64,000 nt of DNA, from the NCBI RefSeq assembly GCF_000150275.1, contig NW_002060963.1, positions 143,669-207,668 on the forward strand, read 5' to 3'. The stretch's first letter is position 1; the number at the start of each line of letters is the position of its first letter. The notes below the pieces were generated by a model, which did not search any database, was not told the DNA's origin, and saw only the letters and a list, made by a program, of their open reading frames with translations. Positions 28,830-43,800 of this stretch are shown here, piece after piece. The stretch comes from Trichoplax adhaerens (lineage: Eukaryota > Animalia > Placozoa). A program made the position numbers and the translations under genes.

Positions 28830-31800
28830 CTATTGCAAAAGAATCATGACTATCATAGTTTTAAATAATGTAGCGACGCAAGAATGGAGATTAAATGATA
28901 ACTTCTTAAAATAAGCATCAGAGATTGCCACAAATCAAAATTTGAAATAAGAAAAAAGTCGAACTATTGCAGAAACTCAATACTACAAGCCTACTGTCAG
29001 GTCCATCCGCCCCGATATTTACCTACAGTACGATTCTAAATACTGACGATGTCCTATAGTCAGGAGGAACAGTAGCACAACACTAGTCTCTCTTAGACAC
29101 AACTAAACCCAAATTTTATTGAAAATGTTAGTCAACGCATAGAAAATGCACTTAAATATTAGTTATCACTTTATTGATAATATTATACAATTATGCAGTT
29201 ATCTTTTAAAAGTATGTATAACGTCATAGATTAATTAATGTAAATACATTCCAAAGATAAGTTATCTTGTGGAATCGATATTACAATAGCTACGCAAAAG
29301 TTATCCGTAACAGGAATCTATTCTAGATAGACATACCTTGGAAATATTAACAGAATTGGATATTACCGATATACTGGCATAATAATGGGGTCCATAATCT
29401 AGGTAGACCGAAAACATTCGAATATATCGTTAGCAAATATAAGAATTTTAAGGAGGTTATGTCCTATTTTAAACTAAATTGGAGTCCAAAACTCAATGCA
29501 GCTTAGCCAAATTTGCTATCACTTTACGTATTTTAAGCTACCTTTGCCTGGTCCATCAGAGGTTGAAGGCAGATGATTACAATATATCGTTAAGCAGTTA
29601 TGGCACCGGCACTGCATTAGAAATATCCTTGCATATTTAATGAATTTTTTAGTGAAAATTGTGTATAAGATCGGGTTAATACAAGAATTTAACGGTAGGG
29701 ACATAGTAGCAATGAAGGATAGGGAATCCATATCGAATCCTTGCCCGAAGAAAACACGAATTATAACAATGTATAACGGCATCCAGCAAATTAAGTCTGT
29801 AGCTACAATAGATATCATTTTAAAGATGATAATATTATCCTCCAATGATATTTTACTTTGCGTGAGTTTTCGTGAGCGAATAATTTCAATAACAATGACA
29901 ACATACATTATAGTTATGGCTACCCAAGTAACGAAAGTAGTACCGCAAAATGACAGTAGCCAGATGAGCAGATATTGATTTCTGATATTGCTTGGTAAAC
30001 AAACACTAGTTGTCCCATATAATCGATTAGCGGCCGGTTGATTTATGCTATATAGGATAGGGATACCAGTAAAAATAATAGAAATTGACCATAGTGCTAA
30101 CAAAGTTATTGCGTTTGCCTTATATGATAAACGATAATCGAAAAATGGATAGGTAAAATATAAATAGCGGTCGATGGTTATAAGTAAGAGCACAAAAGTC
30201 GACATTAAACTAGATAGAGAAACTAAGAAGGATGCTATTAAACATAATGCACTACGCAACCATACTTCAAGATATTCTGAATATCGTTGAGAATAAAACA
30301 GATTAGCTGAGGCAATTAAAATTAAATAGAATCCCATTAGCAAATCGGCAATAGATAAATTAGTAATTAGTGTTTTAACAATTAGCATATCTTGTTTCCT
30401 GATTTTTAAATGCCAAATGATGGAAACGATATTGCCGATAATAGCTATAGTACCAATAATCCATATAAGTAAGCGTAACACTATATGAGATAGAAGATGG
30501 GAACAAGTGGAAAGTTTAAATTGGTTAGGTAAAGGATTGCAACTGATTATAGATTCTGGAGCAGCACAGCATAAGTATTCCCTATTCGAAACCCTAATTA
30601 AATAAAATAATAGAAGTAATTTTATTCAAGTTTTACGCGTAAACTAATTTCGCCGTTTAATTTTAGACGGATCAATGATATTTCGTAGTCTATAATTATC
30701 GTAAGATATAGTAGGCTGGCTATAGGTTAAATGAAATTGCTAGGTTTATCTATAAAGCACAGTTACATTATCGATAATATCATAATTTGATAATCTTATA
30801 GACTGAACTTTGGTATATAATTGAGTATATATGCTTTTTTAATACTTACATCATTCTTAAATCTGACAGACCATAAAAAGAGTCTCCCTTATATTGAATT
30901 ATTGGATTATTTCTTAAGTTCCTGCAAAAAAAGTTAAGCCTTACTGAAGGATGAATCATAGCTGGCTAGTTATTAATTTATTTTGAAATTGTATAGTTTT
31001 TCAAATTATTAAATTAGATTAATACTTGAGTGTTATAGGAAGCCCTATTGAATAGATTTACCATATTATCTACATAAAATCTTATTCGTTACATGCTTAC
31101 GTACAGGTTTATTAATAAGTGGAAAATGTTGAAACAGTTGGCATCTAATTTATAAATGTTGTTATCGTCTAAGTCCCTAAATAGCGTATTAATAAGATTA
31201 GGAAAAAGGAGTCAGTCGACAAAATATGACGCTTATCTACAAACTGCTATTCCAAATCGGTATTAGATTCCTGTGGGAAATATTCACTTTGAAAACTATC
31301 AACTTTCATGGCCTGTATACAGCAACTAATAGCTGTTTAACGAATAGTTATGTCTAGTCTAGCTTTTAAAAATCAAAATAAATATCTATACTGTTGATAA
31401 AGTACTCATTAGATACAGTTAATATTTCTAAGAAGTAATGTATCTGTTCAATAGGAAGATAGAAAAGCTAATTGTATCTTGAATATAACTTCTAAATAAC
31501 GATTACCATAACTGGTTATAGCTATGATAACATTGCCTTTAATTTTGCATGCACATTTACTTATTTATTATTTGTGTAAGTCACATGTAAATAATTAAAA
31601 CTACGTGTAAAAATGAACTGAATGATCGACATCATGTACGACAAATAATAGCAATGATTTCTTACTTACAGAGCTTTTAATTTCGTCAAAGAAACATTGA
31701 ATTCTGGTTCAATACATACATTCACCAATTTATTTCTAGACAGAGATCTAGAATTTATAGTAACAGGAATAATATAAATGCTAACATTTTTTAATTACTA

Positions 31801-34800
31801 GGATACTAAGGATCAGAAATAAATGTTACTACAATTTTATACCATAGATCAAAATCTAATCTAGAGTATGGAATAGATTTTATATTTTGTTTTAAGCTGC
31901 AGCTATTCTGCAATAATAGAAATTTTGATTATATAGTTAATTTAACTAAGGGAGTTGTAATAAACTTACAGATATTCGAGACCCGTTAGTGTTAGTAATG
32001 TGGCATAGTCTTTATCTCTTAATCGATTACCCGCAAGCCTTCTGTTTGCAGCATTCATTTATTCGCATGTCATTTATCGATGATACAAAAGCATGAAGAT
32101 TAGATGCTAAAGCTAATATAAGCTCATCTTTAATCAAAAGGGCGGTATAACGACTAAGAAAACTTACAGAATACGAAGCGAGTGCAATGGCAGTAGCGAT
32201 TGCTGATCGATTCCTTCGACCTCGTTATTTTCAAGATCCCTACGTATAAAAAAAAACTATTACTATCAAGCTGTAAAGGCAAAATTGATTCTATAAGTAG
32301 GTACGAACAATCTTATGGCGCCCGTTAAAACTTTGAACAGCACGTCAGGAGATTTAATTGCAAGCCCAGCTAGGATCCTATTAATCGCGAGAATTTATAC
32401 GCGTTAATCTTCAATAATTTTTTGCGATCTGATGATGTTATATAATCTTGTATAGATTCTTATGATTTCGAATTTTCAAAGCTGCAACATACACATTCCT
32501 ATATCCAAATTTCTTGGATAGTATGGAAGCAACTGTGTCTAGAGGAATTTTAGTATGGCTTAGGCTTCTATATATTAATTAATTAGTAGAGATTTTAAGA
32601 GCTTAGAACATCTTCGGCCTGTTCTTTTAAGAAAATACAAGATAAATATTATCAATTCGCGGTATACTGATGCATTGTAATACTCGTACCCTACATAACC
32701 GATTAACTAGGTTATAACGATATTATAATTGAATCTTAAACATTGTATTAGTTTGATATTATTTTGAATGTTGGATTCAAATTTTAAGCTAGATCGATGA
32801 TTACATAGCGCTAAGGACACTGAAATTTTCCGGATACTAATTAGAGTTTCAGCTGTTTTATTATTGTAGTGTATGCTTCTAAATACGGTACAGTCTATTC
32901 TTAGTAAAGTTAATTTCCACATAAACTATAATATAACTCCTTGTTTGTATAATCTACATTTAACTATTCATACTGTGGAAATCTCTTATACTCTAGCTTG
33001 ATTATATCGTAGAATTACCCTTATGTAGAATCAAGCTATTCTTAATAGTCATTCGTGTTTTAGGAATAATTTCCTCCTACAGTGCTTCTTACATTATAAA
33101 AGCGCTAATCTTGCATTTATTTCGTTAGTTAGTTCTGCTAGTTACACGATTAGTGTGCACTTTTTATCTATTCTACATTACTATAGCTATTCGACTAGTC
33201 ACGTCTTTGTAAACGCTATGACCTCACACGCTTTTCCTCTTGCACTAATTCCAATAAACTCTACAACTCTGCTAATTTGACTCTTCATAATTTAATTACG
33301 ATTATGACAGACCCTAAGCCTTCCGAAACATCACAATTATATTTTGGCTAATCTAAGATTACTAGTGAGTTATAGACTAGAAATGATATTGGTAAGGTTG
33401 TATGTAAAAAATTGCATCGTCTGAAATGGTATAACTACTGGTCTATTTTCTAACTTACAAGGACTTCAGTTGAGAAATATTGTCAATTAAGCTCTCATCA
33501 ATTCCAATCAAGTTATTACCATCAAGAAACCTAATAAATGAATCAGTTTAACCATTGTACTATTTATTTTTTAATTTATCTTCAGTTGATATGTTCATTT
33601 ACTTGATTATAACACGTCTAATTTAGTCACAATTACTTAAAATTTATGTGCTTTCCAAAAGGTTTATAATAGCAAACTGATCATCATTTACAGAATCTAT
33701 TTTAATTACGCCACATTTGAAAATTTCATTTTATCAATTTAGCTGCCATACAAAAGGTTTCTTTCTCTAAAATTCACTATTTAATTTTAGGAAACATGCT
33801 CTTTGACTGAGATGATATGTTCTAGCATAATTTCAATACAGTAAGATATTGTCACAGTAAAAATATTTCTATATTAGCCTTAGTTATGACGGTAATATTT
33901 TTCAGCAATTTGAGTTCGCGTATTATACTATATTTTAGCGAAGAATATTTTCGCAGCTATCTATATCGGTACACATGAGAACAGTAGAGCTTTTATAATT
34001 AATTATTGTATATTTTGAAATATTACTCACAAGCTATGAGCCGTGGAAATTTTCTGAAATAACTGCCGCTTTACGATGGAAGCATTAAGGTTACAAAATC
34101 GCATACTCCTAGTTTGTCCAGTTAATAATAAAATTTTATGAAATTATTTCTGAAATCTGGATTGCGATTTCATAAAGTGGATCAAATAATAATTAAGTCA
34201 AATTGTTTCAAGATTTTATTGCTACGTAACTATATTAAATACTGCATTAAACTCCTTACAAATTTCGTAGAGACAAAAACTTGTCAAATAAACGAAAATC
34301 GATCGATTGAAGATGTTGATTATGATCAAGTCGCCTAAATATATGTCGGTCAAATGTCGTAAGACTCAGTAGATTGTATGAAAAGCGATCAATAATCTTA
34401 CAAGCTCGCCAAATTTTGTAACCCATGGAAAGAATTTTCTTTCAAACGAATGAATTTATTGTTAGCAAGTTCTCTAAATAATGAAAATAATTAAAGCGAA
34501 TACTCTATAAGATAGTTTATTCTCAGTAAATGAAAAATTAGATGCTTTATAAGATTCTAAACTTATTTTTAGATATTGGTATAGCTTATAGTGATATCAT
34601 CCTCACAGTTGAATTCTCAATTATAGCTAGTTAAATATTATTCAGAAAAGAATTTCGCTTGTCCACTTACAAACTTCCAAGTGAAGTGATAGTTTTGAAG
34701 GCGAAATCAGGAATTTCAGTGATATCGTTGCTTTCCAATTTCCTAGAGCAGATCAATTCAATTGGATTAGTAGCAAAGGTTAAAATAGTATTACATAAAC

Positions 34801-37800
34801 CTAATATTGTATTTAATCGGTAAATATAATCGGCTAGACTTAAAGTTTATTTTCCGAAAAATACAACGAGGAGTACGCAAGCACTCTTAAGTTATATTGG
34901 TTATGCAATACATAATGTGCATTTATATCGTTGATTGCCTGATTTCGCTCAAAAATTATGGATTGGTTAAGATTTAAATTCGATCAGAGCATAACAGTAT
35001 ATTTGCATACTCTGTTAAGTTATAATTTAAACACAAAGCTGTTAAGTTTAAACTGAAGTAAATGATAGTAAGCTTGGAATGCAACTTAGCTTTCAATACA
35101 GTAACCATAATGACCATAAAAAACAGACACTATTTCAGAAATTCATGACATGTCGAGTCTCGTCCCAAATTAATAAAATAGATAGTAAACTATCGTTAAT
35201 CATCTACTTATGATTTTAATTGTAAGATCAAAGATTAAGATTTCTTTGTCACGGTACGAACTACCGTGAAGAAATAACTATCTAAATTTAAACCGTCAGC
35301 AAAGCGACGGGAGTTTGCACTAGTGTGCACTGAAATGATTCTGTGAATGGACATATTGTAGTCCGATTGTGAAAAATTAGTTAGGTAGATGTTCTCACCT
35401 AAGTATTTTTATAAGATAACTCGTGAATGTTAGCTGCTGTAGAAGGGTATATAAGCCCGTCAGATAGTTGAATAAAGTAGTTCTCAATTGTCTAGTTGAG
35501 TTTAACGTAGGATCAAAGGCGTCTAAATTCTTGTGAGGTAGTTAAGGGATACTGAATCCCGGAGACTATAGTAATTTAGAGATTTGTTTTACGTTATCCT
35601 TGTCACGAAGCTGGTTTATGACAGTCTTCAATATGAAAAGAATGATAACAAAAAAACAACTAGATTGAGGATTTCACTATTGGATTTATATGTCTGAGTT
35701 ATATTTATGTAGTAGTAACTTACTCCTTAATGTAATAGTAATTGTATAAAAATTAATTTTTTACTAAGATTTAGATATACTATATCATTATTATAGGGAA
35801 TCAAATGAGACCATATCGGAAATTTATAAAATTATTCACATTTAAACTGGAATTTATGATTGAAAGCGCCGTAAAAGGGTCATGCATGAATTCATGGGTA
35901 AGCTTAATAAAGTAATTTATTACTGAACTGTAAGGTATTAGATATTAATTTAATTTTATCTGGAGAGAAATCAAAACTTATAACGTAATAATGTACTTAT
36001 CGGTACGATAAATATTGTATCTGAAGTAAATATTGTGGTATTAAAGATTAAAAATACATTTTCTTAAGCCATCTTACAATATTCGGAGATAGGGAATATG
36101 AGGAAATAATGAAATTGGTATAGCTTTAAGTCGATTTTCGCCTAGAAACCTAAGATTGAAAGGTAAAGTAGAAAGGTAAGGATTCAGTATAATTTAGCAC
36201 TATGTCGCCTTGTAAATGTATGAAAAAGAATGGATTTGGTATTTACAGTTGTTCCAAAGAAGATAAATTGCTAAAAGCTCTATTATCGATTTTAGTTATT
36301 CTGTTATGGGTTAAATTTCTAATAATAAATGATGCCGATTAGTAAAAGTTTAGGATAATTCCGGGTTGTATTAGCAAAACATCTTGCAGTAAAACTAATC
36401 GCGATCGATCATTCACTAGCGAACGATTTTCGATGGGAAAGTTGTATTCACTTTATTATTTTTTAGAACAATTTTAGGGTCGGCTATTATATTCACTTAC
36501 ACCAGATGTAGTGGGCTGTAGGATGAAAATATATGTGTTTCTAAATATTCAATCTGATTGTGCCCTAACCATCTATTTTAACAATAAGTAAAACAAATGG
36601 TTATACTGAAGATGAAATTAACATTTTACTATTGATTTGCATATAGAGATTGAGTACGAATACCTATTGTAAGTGCTCTTTAATATTACACGGGATAAAT
36701 ATAATTTTTACGTATATATTGCATATATTAGTAAGTAGGTATGGTTTAAAATTAAATGAAATGTTTCCATGAAGAGGTTTTGTAGACGTTACAATGTGAC
36801 TTGCAACTCGATTATAGTCAAGTACATTATCTCTGTCTATTGTGACAGAAAATGGTAATGATATGATATTTCAAAGCTCACATTTGTTGTAAAGACTTCA
36901 TATCAGCAAAGATATTACTGTGCAAGGTTGATATTAAGTTCTTCGTAAGGTTTCTGTAAGCCAAAAGTCCGAGAGTAAAGTCAATTTAATTGATAAATGG
37001 ATTTAATTGAGTGATTTCGATTGCTACTCTAAAAGCAAGTGTAGCAACTAATTATATATTAAAATAAAGTAGTACATTAGTAGAAATCGAAAGTTCAAGA
37101 ATATAGCCATACTGTTTTCCTGCCTATATTTATGAATTTTAATTTGGAACGGTGATACTTTAATTTAAGTCTACGGTCGATTAAATCAGAATTATCCTTA
37201 ATATGAAAATCTTGAAACTTGGTTAAACTTAAATTTAGAGAGTAAGAGAGCCTTGGAGTATTTAAATATAGAAAATTATATCTTTATTCTATTAGTTTAA
37301 TCGATTAGTACTAAAGGCTAAAACAGGATGTATGATTATGAGGCATCATAGAAATACCGTCTGAGGACTTTAATACATTTTGTTAGTACAGTGCCCTAAA
37401 TCTAAGCATAATGGATAGATAACTCAAAATTTTTATTTCTTTTATATCTGCTGAAATAGCCTACGTTACGTGCTAGAAATAGCCCTAACTTGCAACTAGG
37501 AGTGAGTGAGTACTCTCTAGCCACACTACTATTATTTGGAATACTAGTCAGTTAGTATTCCTGGGCAGATAGGATTTAACACCGTAAGGCCTTCAAACTT
37601 TCTAGAAAATCACAATCTAATTTATTATCGGCGAAGCCGCCGCTCACATAGGTTTTGGTACCTAAAACCGGTTGGACTACATAAGTTATCTCGTCTATTA
37701 TAAATTGACCAATTTATTACTATATAGAGCCCCTATCTGTACAGGTTAAACAAAGTCTAATCCTATTAAATTTACCGTATCAGGATTAAATTAATCAATT

Positions 37801-40800
37801 CTTAATAATAGTTTAACAAGCACATATTAGGCTATCCTACTAAGATATTTCCTCTAAACTTAGAAATTGTACTTTCAACCTTAAAATCCTTGGAGGCGAT
37901 AGATAAAATCTTGTTAAACTAGTTGGTAATTACTTTCTCAGTCTATCTAATTCTAAATTAAGGATTAATAACATATCAACTGTTAACCACTAATGTTACA
38001 ATTAAGGTGGTCGTAAACATTTCTGAGATATAACATACGTGTTTACAGAACGCAACATAGAAATAAAGTACATGCCACGAAGATAGCTTTCATGACAGCC
38101 TAGCTTAGTTTACGATTCTCTTGCAAAGATGTAACTATTCAAGGTCAAAAAATGATTGTCAGGAGATAAATATAAAATTGTTGCGATCAAAGTCAAAAGC
38201 CTATCATTTTAGAGTTAAATTAATGATAGTACTTACATAGATCTTACATATTCGCATTCAGCAAATTGGAGACGACGCAATTTATCAATCTGATTCATTT
38301 GTAATTCTCTACAGGTAAAAATAGAAAGATGTTGTTATTGATGCAATTAACTAAAGCATCTAGAAATATCAATATGCTTACATGTACATTAGCTTTGTCC
38401 CGTTACAAAAATGGTTGGGAATTCGTTTCAATCGATTGTAACCTAGATCTCTAGATTGATAGTATGGCATTGAAAGTTAAAAATTAAAGTTAGTAGGTGG
38501 CGAAAGTTATCTAAATATTATGCCATTTTTCATCTATTTCATGTACTTGTATTTATAAAATACGATTAAACGCCTAAATGTGAGTATTAGGTATTATAAC
38601 AATTGCCTATTATGCATAATAACCAGCAAAAGCAGGTATTTTCAATAGCTGTAACATAATGTATATGTAACGACCACTAACATATATAACTGGTAATGTA
38701 TAGTACGTGAAGGTATTCATTGACTTTTGTAATGTTACTTAGTATTGTGATTGTAGACAGTTAGCCATGTTTAGTATAATGTACGGTAGATATTTATCCT
38801 AAGAGATATTTGGTAGCTATAACTATAGACTATAGTGGTAGAGACTCTATGCTAGAGTATACATGACTATATACAGTAAGCTGTTGAGTTACTAATAAGG
38901 CTATAGGTAAAAATAAAACTATAAATCATATATTAGGATATGGTTAATTCATTGTACTTTGGCTGGTGTGAATAATGTCTACGTAAGTACTGTAGTCGTA
39001 TTCATATTGGATTAATGATGGTCCGCAGTAGAATAGTCTTACTAAGAATAATTTAACTATGTGTAAAATAAGGTAAAAGGTTGCTATGCGAATTGTAGCT
39101 GCGAATGCTACGGAAAGTATAAAAGCATGCAACTTTAGATTATTCTGTTAGTTCGTTGTAGAAGTCTTTAGTAGTGTATTCGGCTAGAGTAGAGCTGTGT
39201 GTAGTTAATCTTTGTATAAGATTGAATAAAGCCCTTATTTTTCTAAAATTTGGAATCTCGTGATTGGTATATATCACAATTTTAAATTAAATTTAAGAGT
39301 TGAATATGATTCTAATTTTAGCCTAAACATCTACTCTGAAATAGTTTTAACGGTCGAATTAATAACTATCTTTAAAATCAAGTCTAACTTACAGTTGATA
39401 TAATAATGGAAAGTTGGAAAATAGTCCATCTTGAAGTTTCTGGATAATATTCCCTTCAAGATAGCTAGGAGATGATATGAATGCAACATGTAGCTAGGCT
39501 AAGTTTTAAATAACGATATCCTACTTGATAACAAAATAGTACTGATGTACGGAATATTACTGTCTTCTATGGCTTACAGATTCCTTATCTCTATCATTTT
39601 GGATTTTTGTGTATTAAGTAGTATGGTGATGTAGTTGTAGCTAATAAGGCTAAATTTAAGCATAGATGTGGACAAGATTTACGTACGCTCATAGTTCATA
39701 AGAAAAGAAATGAGGTAGGCAATTCACATTAAAAGTGAGAATTAACATTTCATTTTTTTGACTTACACTATACGCAATAATTTGAGCTCGGTAAATACCG
39801 CAAAATCAACTGAAGTTAGTCCATTAATAGTCAAATCCCTGATTGAACATAGTAAAATATTTCGATAGATTGATTCGCTACCGATATTAATTCAATATTT
39901 ATTTTAGAGGAAGTATTCATAATGAGTTATCAATACGACAACTGTTTTATATACTGCTCAATCATTATGAAGACATATCTTAATAAGTATACTTAAGTAT
40001 TCTCGATAATGATTACAAACATAATTTTTAAGCAATTATTTCATGATGATTCTCACAAATATGTCACTTTTTGTAAGTTCTGGAACAAATTTTCGGGCAA
40101 CGAAGTAAGAAAATTGATTCTAAAATGACTAACAGAATGAGAAATTTAATTACTTTCTTCCATTATTTTTAACTTGAGTAACATATAAACGTTTGCATGA
40201 TTTATATTTCGTAATATAGGTTATTTTTTAGAACTCTCCTTCAAAATTTTGAATTGAGAAAGTAATTGTAATGTATATATAAAAGTATAGAAGATACATT
40301 ATAAGTGTTGCAATATAAATCTTTACCACCGTAATTAATTTAGTATTCTAATTACAGTAGACTTTCTGTCGTGGGTTGTCACAATTTTGCCTTTGCGAGT
40401 GGGCTACAGTATACTAATTCAGTAGACTACTTATACCCTGAAATCGAAGGAGTTCTATAGTCGAGGATAAATTTTCATCACACAAGATTATTCTAGCTAG
40501 AATTAATATAGTCTAAGTTTATTTGGTATTTGGCCGTATATTTCTTATACCGTAGAACTAAGGAACTGGACAGTTAATTGGCCGATAGTCCTCTCTATAC
40601 CCTTACCATTAATCGGTGATTAACATTGTGTAAACGAGCTATCTAATTACTAAGTGCAATTTCGTGACACGGATATATTGTAAATCGGATTGGTTTTTGT
40701 GGATTATGAATTATTGTTGTTGGATAGTCATAATTTTTGGAAGCATTGCAAATTGTAACAAGCAACTTAGTCGATATGAGAATTTAGTTATTGTAATATT

Positions 40801-43800
40801 TTTATTTTAAAGAGGACTAGTTTTATAGCAATATGCTCACTAGGATAACAAATTTTGTTTATAAATTGATTATGGAAGTTCTATTAGTTTGTCATAAAGT
40901 TCGATATAATGTGAACCCGATTGTTTTATCTGAGTTCTAGTTTAAAGGCTTTAGCTTGTATAAGTTCTTTCATTATACGTTGTATATCGCAGTAAATGAT
41001 TGTAGCCGGACTTGATTGTTATCAAATTATGGTCATATTATTGACTGAGTGGCTTAATGTCCAGGAGTCTATCGTCAGAGCTATTATGTGAGGTTAATTA
41101 CTAGAATAATTTGAATAGAGATTATTTTTTACTTTAATACAACCTACTACTCTACATAGCATATAAAAAGTGATGTGGTTTGAATATTGAGTAGTTAAAG
41201 GTTCTTAAGTGAAGAGAAAAAATGCTGAAAAGAAATGACTCTGTAATTTTAAGTAATTCTTATCGGTTTTAATTTAGTGCTATTTTGTCGTTGTCATTAA
41301 AATCGGGAATAAAGTGGCATTTTCCCCTGTTTTAAGTTGATTCAAAGTCTAATTTCTGTAATTTAGCAAAGTTATAAAATGACTAGAATATGTAATTAAT
41401 TTGTGAAATCACTCGTGTTTGTGCTCTACTTTTAGTTACGATTGTATTTACCATGCTCATTGAAAATAACCTAGAAATAGAACGAGTTTGTGATGTTATG
41501 TGTAATCTTTAAACTGCAACTAATCCAGATCATCTCAAATCTAATTTTGCAAGCCTTTCAATGACTTAAGATATTTGAGAATTGTTCCCAAATGTAACTA
41601 TTTTTAATGTAAGCAATCGAAGTAAGTCACTAACAAATAAAAGTTTTGACGCAATATGGAGCAGTTTGACATTGCAGCTACGATTGAAAATCCACGAGAC
41701 TATTCAATCCTATGCGTGGTAAAAAATTCAAGCATAGTATGCGAAATATCACCAGCGAGGCACTCTGCGTTGAGCTGGTCTTGGATGTCAAGACTGAACT
41801 ACATAATAAATGCTATTTTAAACTATGCCCGCTATGGGTGGGTTTAGCCTTTTTAAGACTAGTTTATACTGTAACGTAGAGTTATTAAATCGAAATTTTT
41901 AGGTTTAGTCATGTTGTTGCAAGTTGATCGGATTTAAAGAAATATTTACATGAATTGTAGGTTAGATATATCTTTGAAAACTTCTGAGTTCAGTTCTTTG
42001 ATATTGTTCTTATTGAAAGCTCTAAGATGAAAATCAAAAATTGATCCTTGCAATTAATTACACAATTAGTGGAGTTATTTTACATATAACGAACAAGTGA
42101 TATTTATAGAATGTACAAATGGACTCGTATTCTTGCTAAAATAAATCAATGATAAAAATTCCATCAGTTTTTGCTTGAAATGCTACAGAAAAATCGATTT
42201 CAGCTACTTAATGCTACTAAATAATTAAGCTAAACTCGAAGTAAATTAGAAAATGCTAACACTATCAGTAATTATGGTGGAGTAGAAGAAAACTTCTTCA
42301 TAGTGCTGTAGCCAGAATTTAAAATCGAGCGACGGTAATGTTGAAAAGAACTAATCTTACAATTGATTTAGTGTTGTTCCTTTAAATGCCTTGATATTAT
42401 CGATAGCCAATTTATTTCCATTTAGATTCCTAATTATAGGCATAGAGATAAGCTTTGCGCTTTAATTTATCTTTCTAGATTTAGCACTATGATAGCAACG
42501 TAATTACAATATGACTTTAGAGCTGAAACGAACATTGTAGCCTCGGCCCAAGGTTTTCGTTTAACAGTGTTTACTTCGTGCTTCAATACTTGCAACTGGT
42601 TCATTTTTAAATCTCTAAATATCAGATACATTTTATATATTAATGTACACAGAAGTGGACATAATAATAATATATGTGAGTTAATTAAATATAAAAACCA
42701 TTGGTCATAGAATAAATTCATAATGGAGTATTCTACTTACATATATCTTAATCTATGTTGATTGTTGAAAATTCGTAGATCAATTTCACGAAGACGATTT
42801 CCGTAAATATGGCTGTAAATGTAAATAGGGAATCATTAATTGGAATGATTTTATGTAAACTATTAATTAGCGTGTCGTCAGTGCAGATAGATCAAATTTA
42901 AAGTGATTTAGAATTAAGTTTTATAAATAAATGGCAGTTCATAGTTTAAAAGGTAGGATAGTTCCTATTATTATCACCAAATATTATTCAGTCTATCTGG
43001 TAATTATATTCATTCATTTGAGTTAAGTCCTTTGCTTGTTTAAATATTTTTATTTTCTATTACATGGGTAAGTTAATTACTGTATTTGTTAAATATTTAT
43101 TTTGTGTAAAAAGTAGACATTAGATAGGTTAAACCAGCTGAATTTCTTTAGTTAGTAAACATCTCTATGTTACGTAGCAGGTGATAGTAAAAGGGACTAT
43201 GTATGAGCAGTACCTGTATAAGCACCTTAAGTATAGCGGTGTAAAAGGCAGAAGGGAATTTGTAACATTAGTTACGAGCAATTTGCGAAATCCGGCATTT
43301 TGCAAAATGCCGGAAATGCCTGATTTCGCAGATTGCCGGTAGCCAATGTTAATACGCAAAAATGAACATAAAAGTATTCCAAGTCTATTTTACCACAGAC
43401 TTTTAAATAGAATGCATGAGTATGAACGGTATACAGCACTTTGTGTCTATCGGCATCAATTTATACGTATCTACAACTTTTTCTGACTTTCAAATTACTA
43501 TAACGTACATCTGTCAATATCTCGACAGTACATTACAAATTATTATATTTCAATGGTAAATTGCTAGACGATAGAATTTCAGAGCCATCATCCTTTCTTT
43601 ACTCTTATAGTGAAGATACTACAGTACCGTCATTACCACATTCAATCTAATACTGTTACCGCATTTATTCAAAAATTCGTCATTTTACAAAATCACTAGG
43701 CGTACTACGGTAAATTACGATATTCCACAATAGTCCATTTACGTAATTCGCAACAACTCGAGTCCTTGATGGTTTTACTAATTAAGATGGTTTAAGTGAC

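Noticed and set aside
29640-29978. 112-aa plus-strand ORF
   Set aside because: Antisense shadow of the 7TM exon; no recognisable motifs.
35399-35491. Candidate extra 93-nt phase-2 exon in gene A
   Set aside because: Open and with plausible splice sites, but not LRR-like and absent from paralog B; left unannotated pending RNA data.
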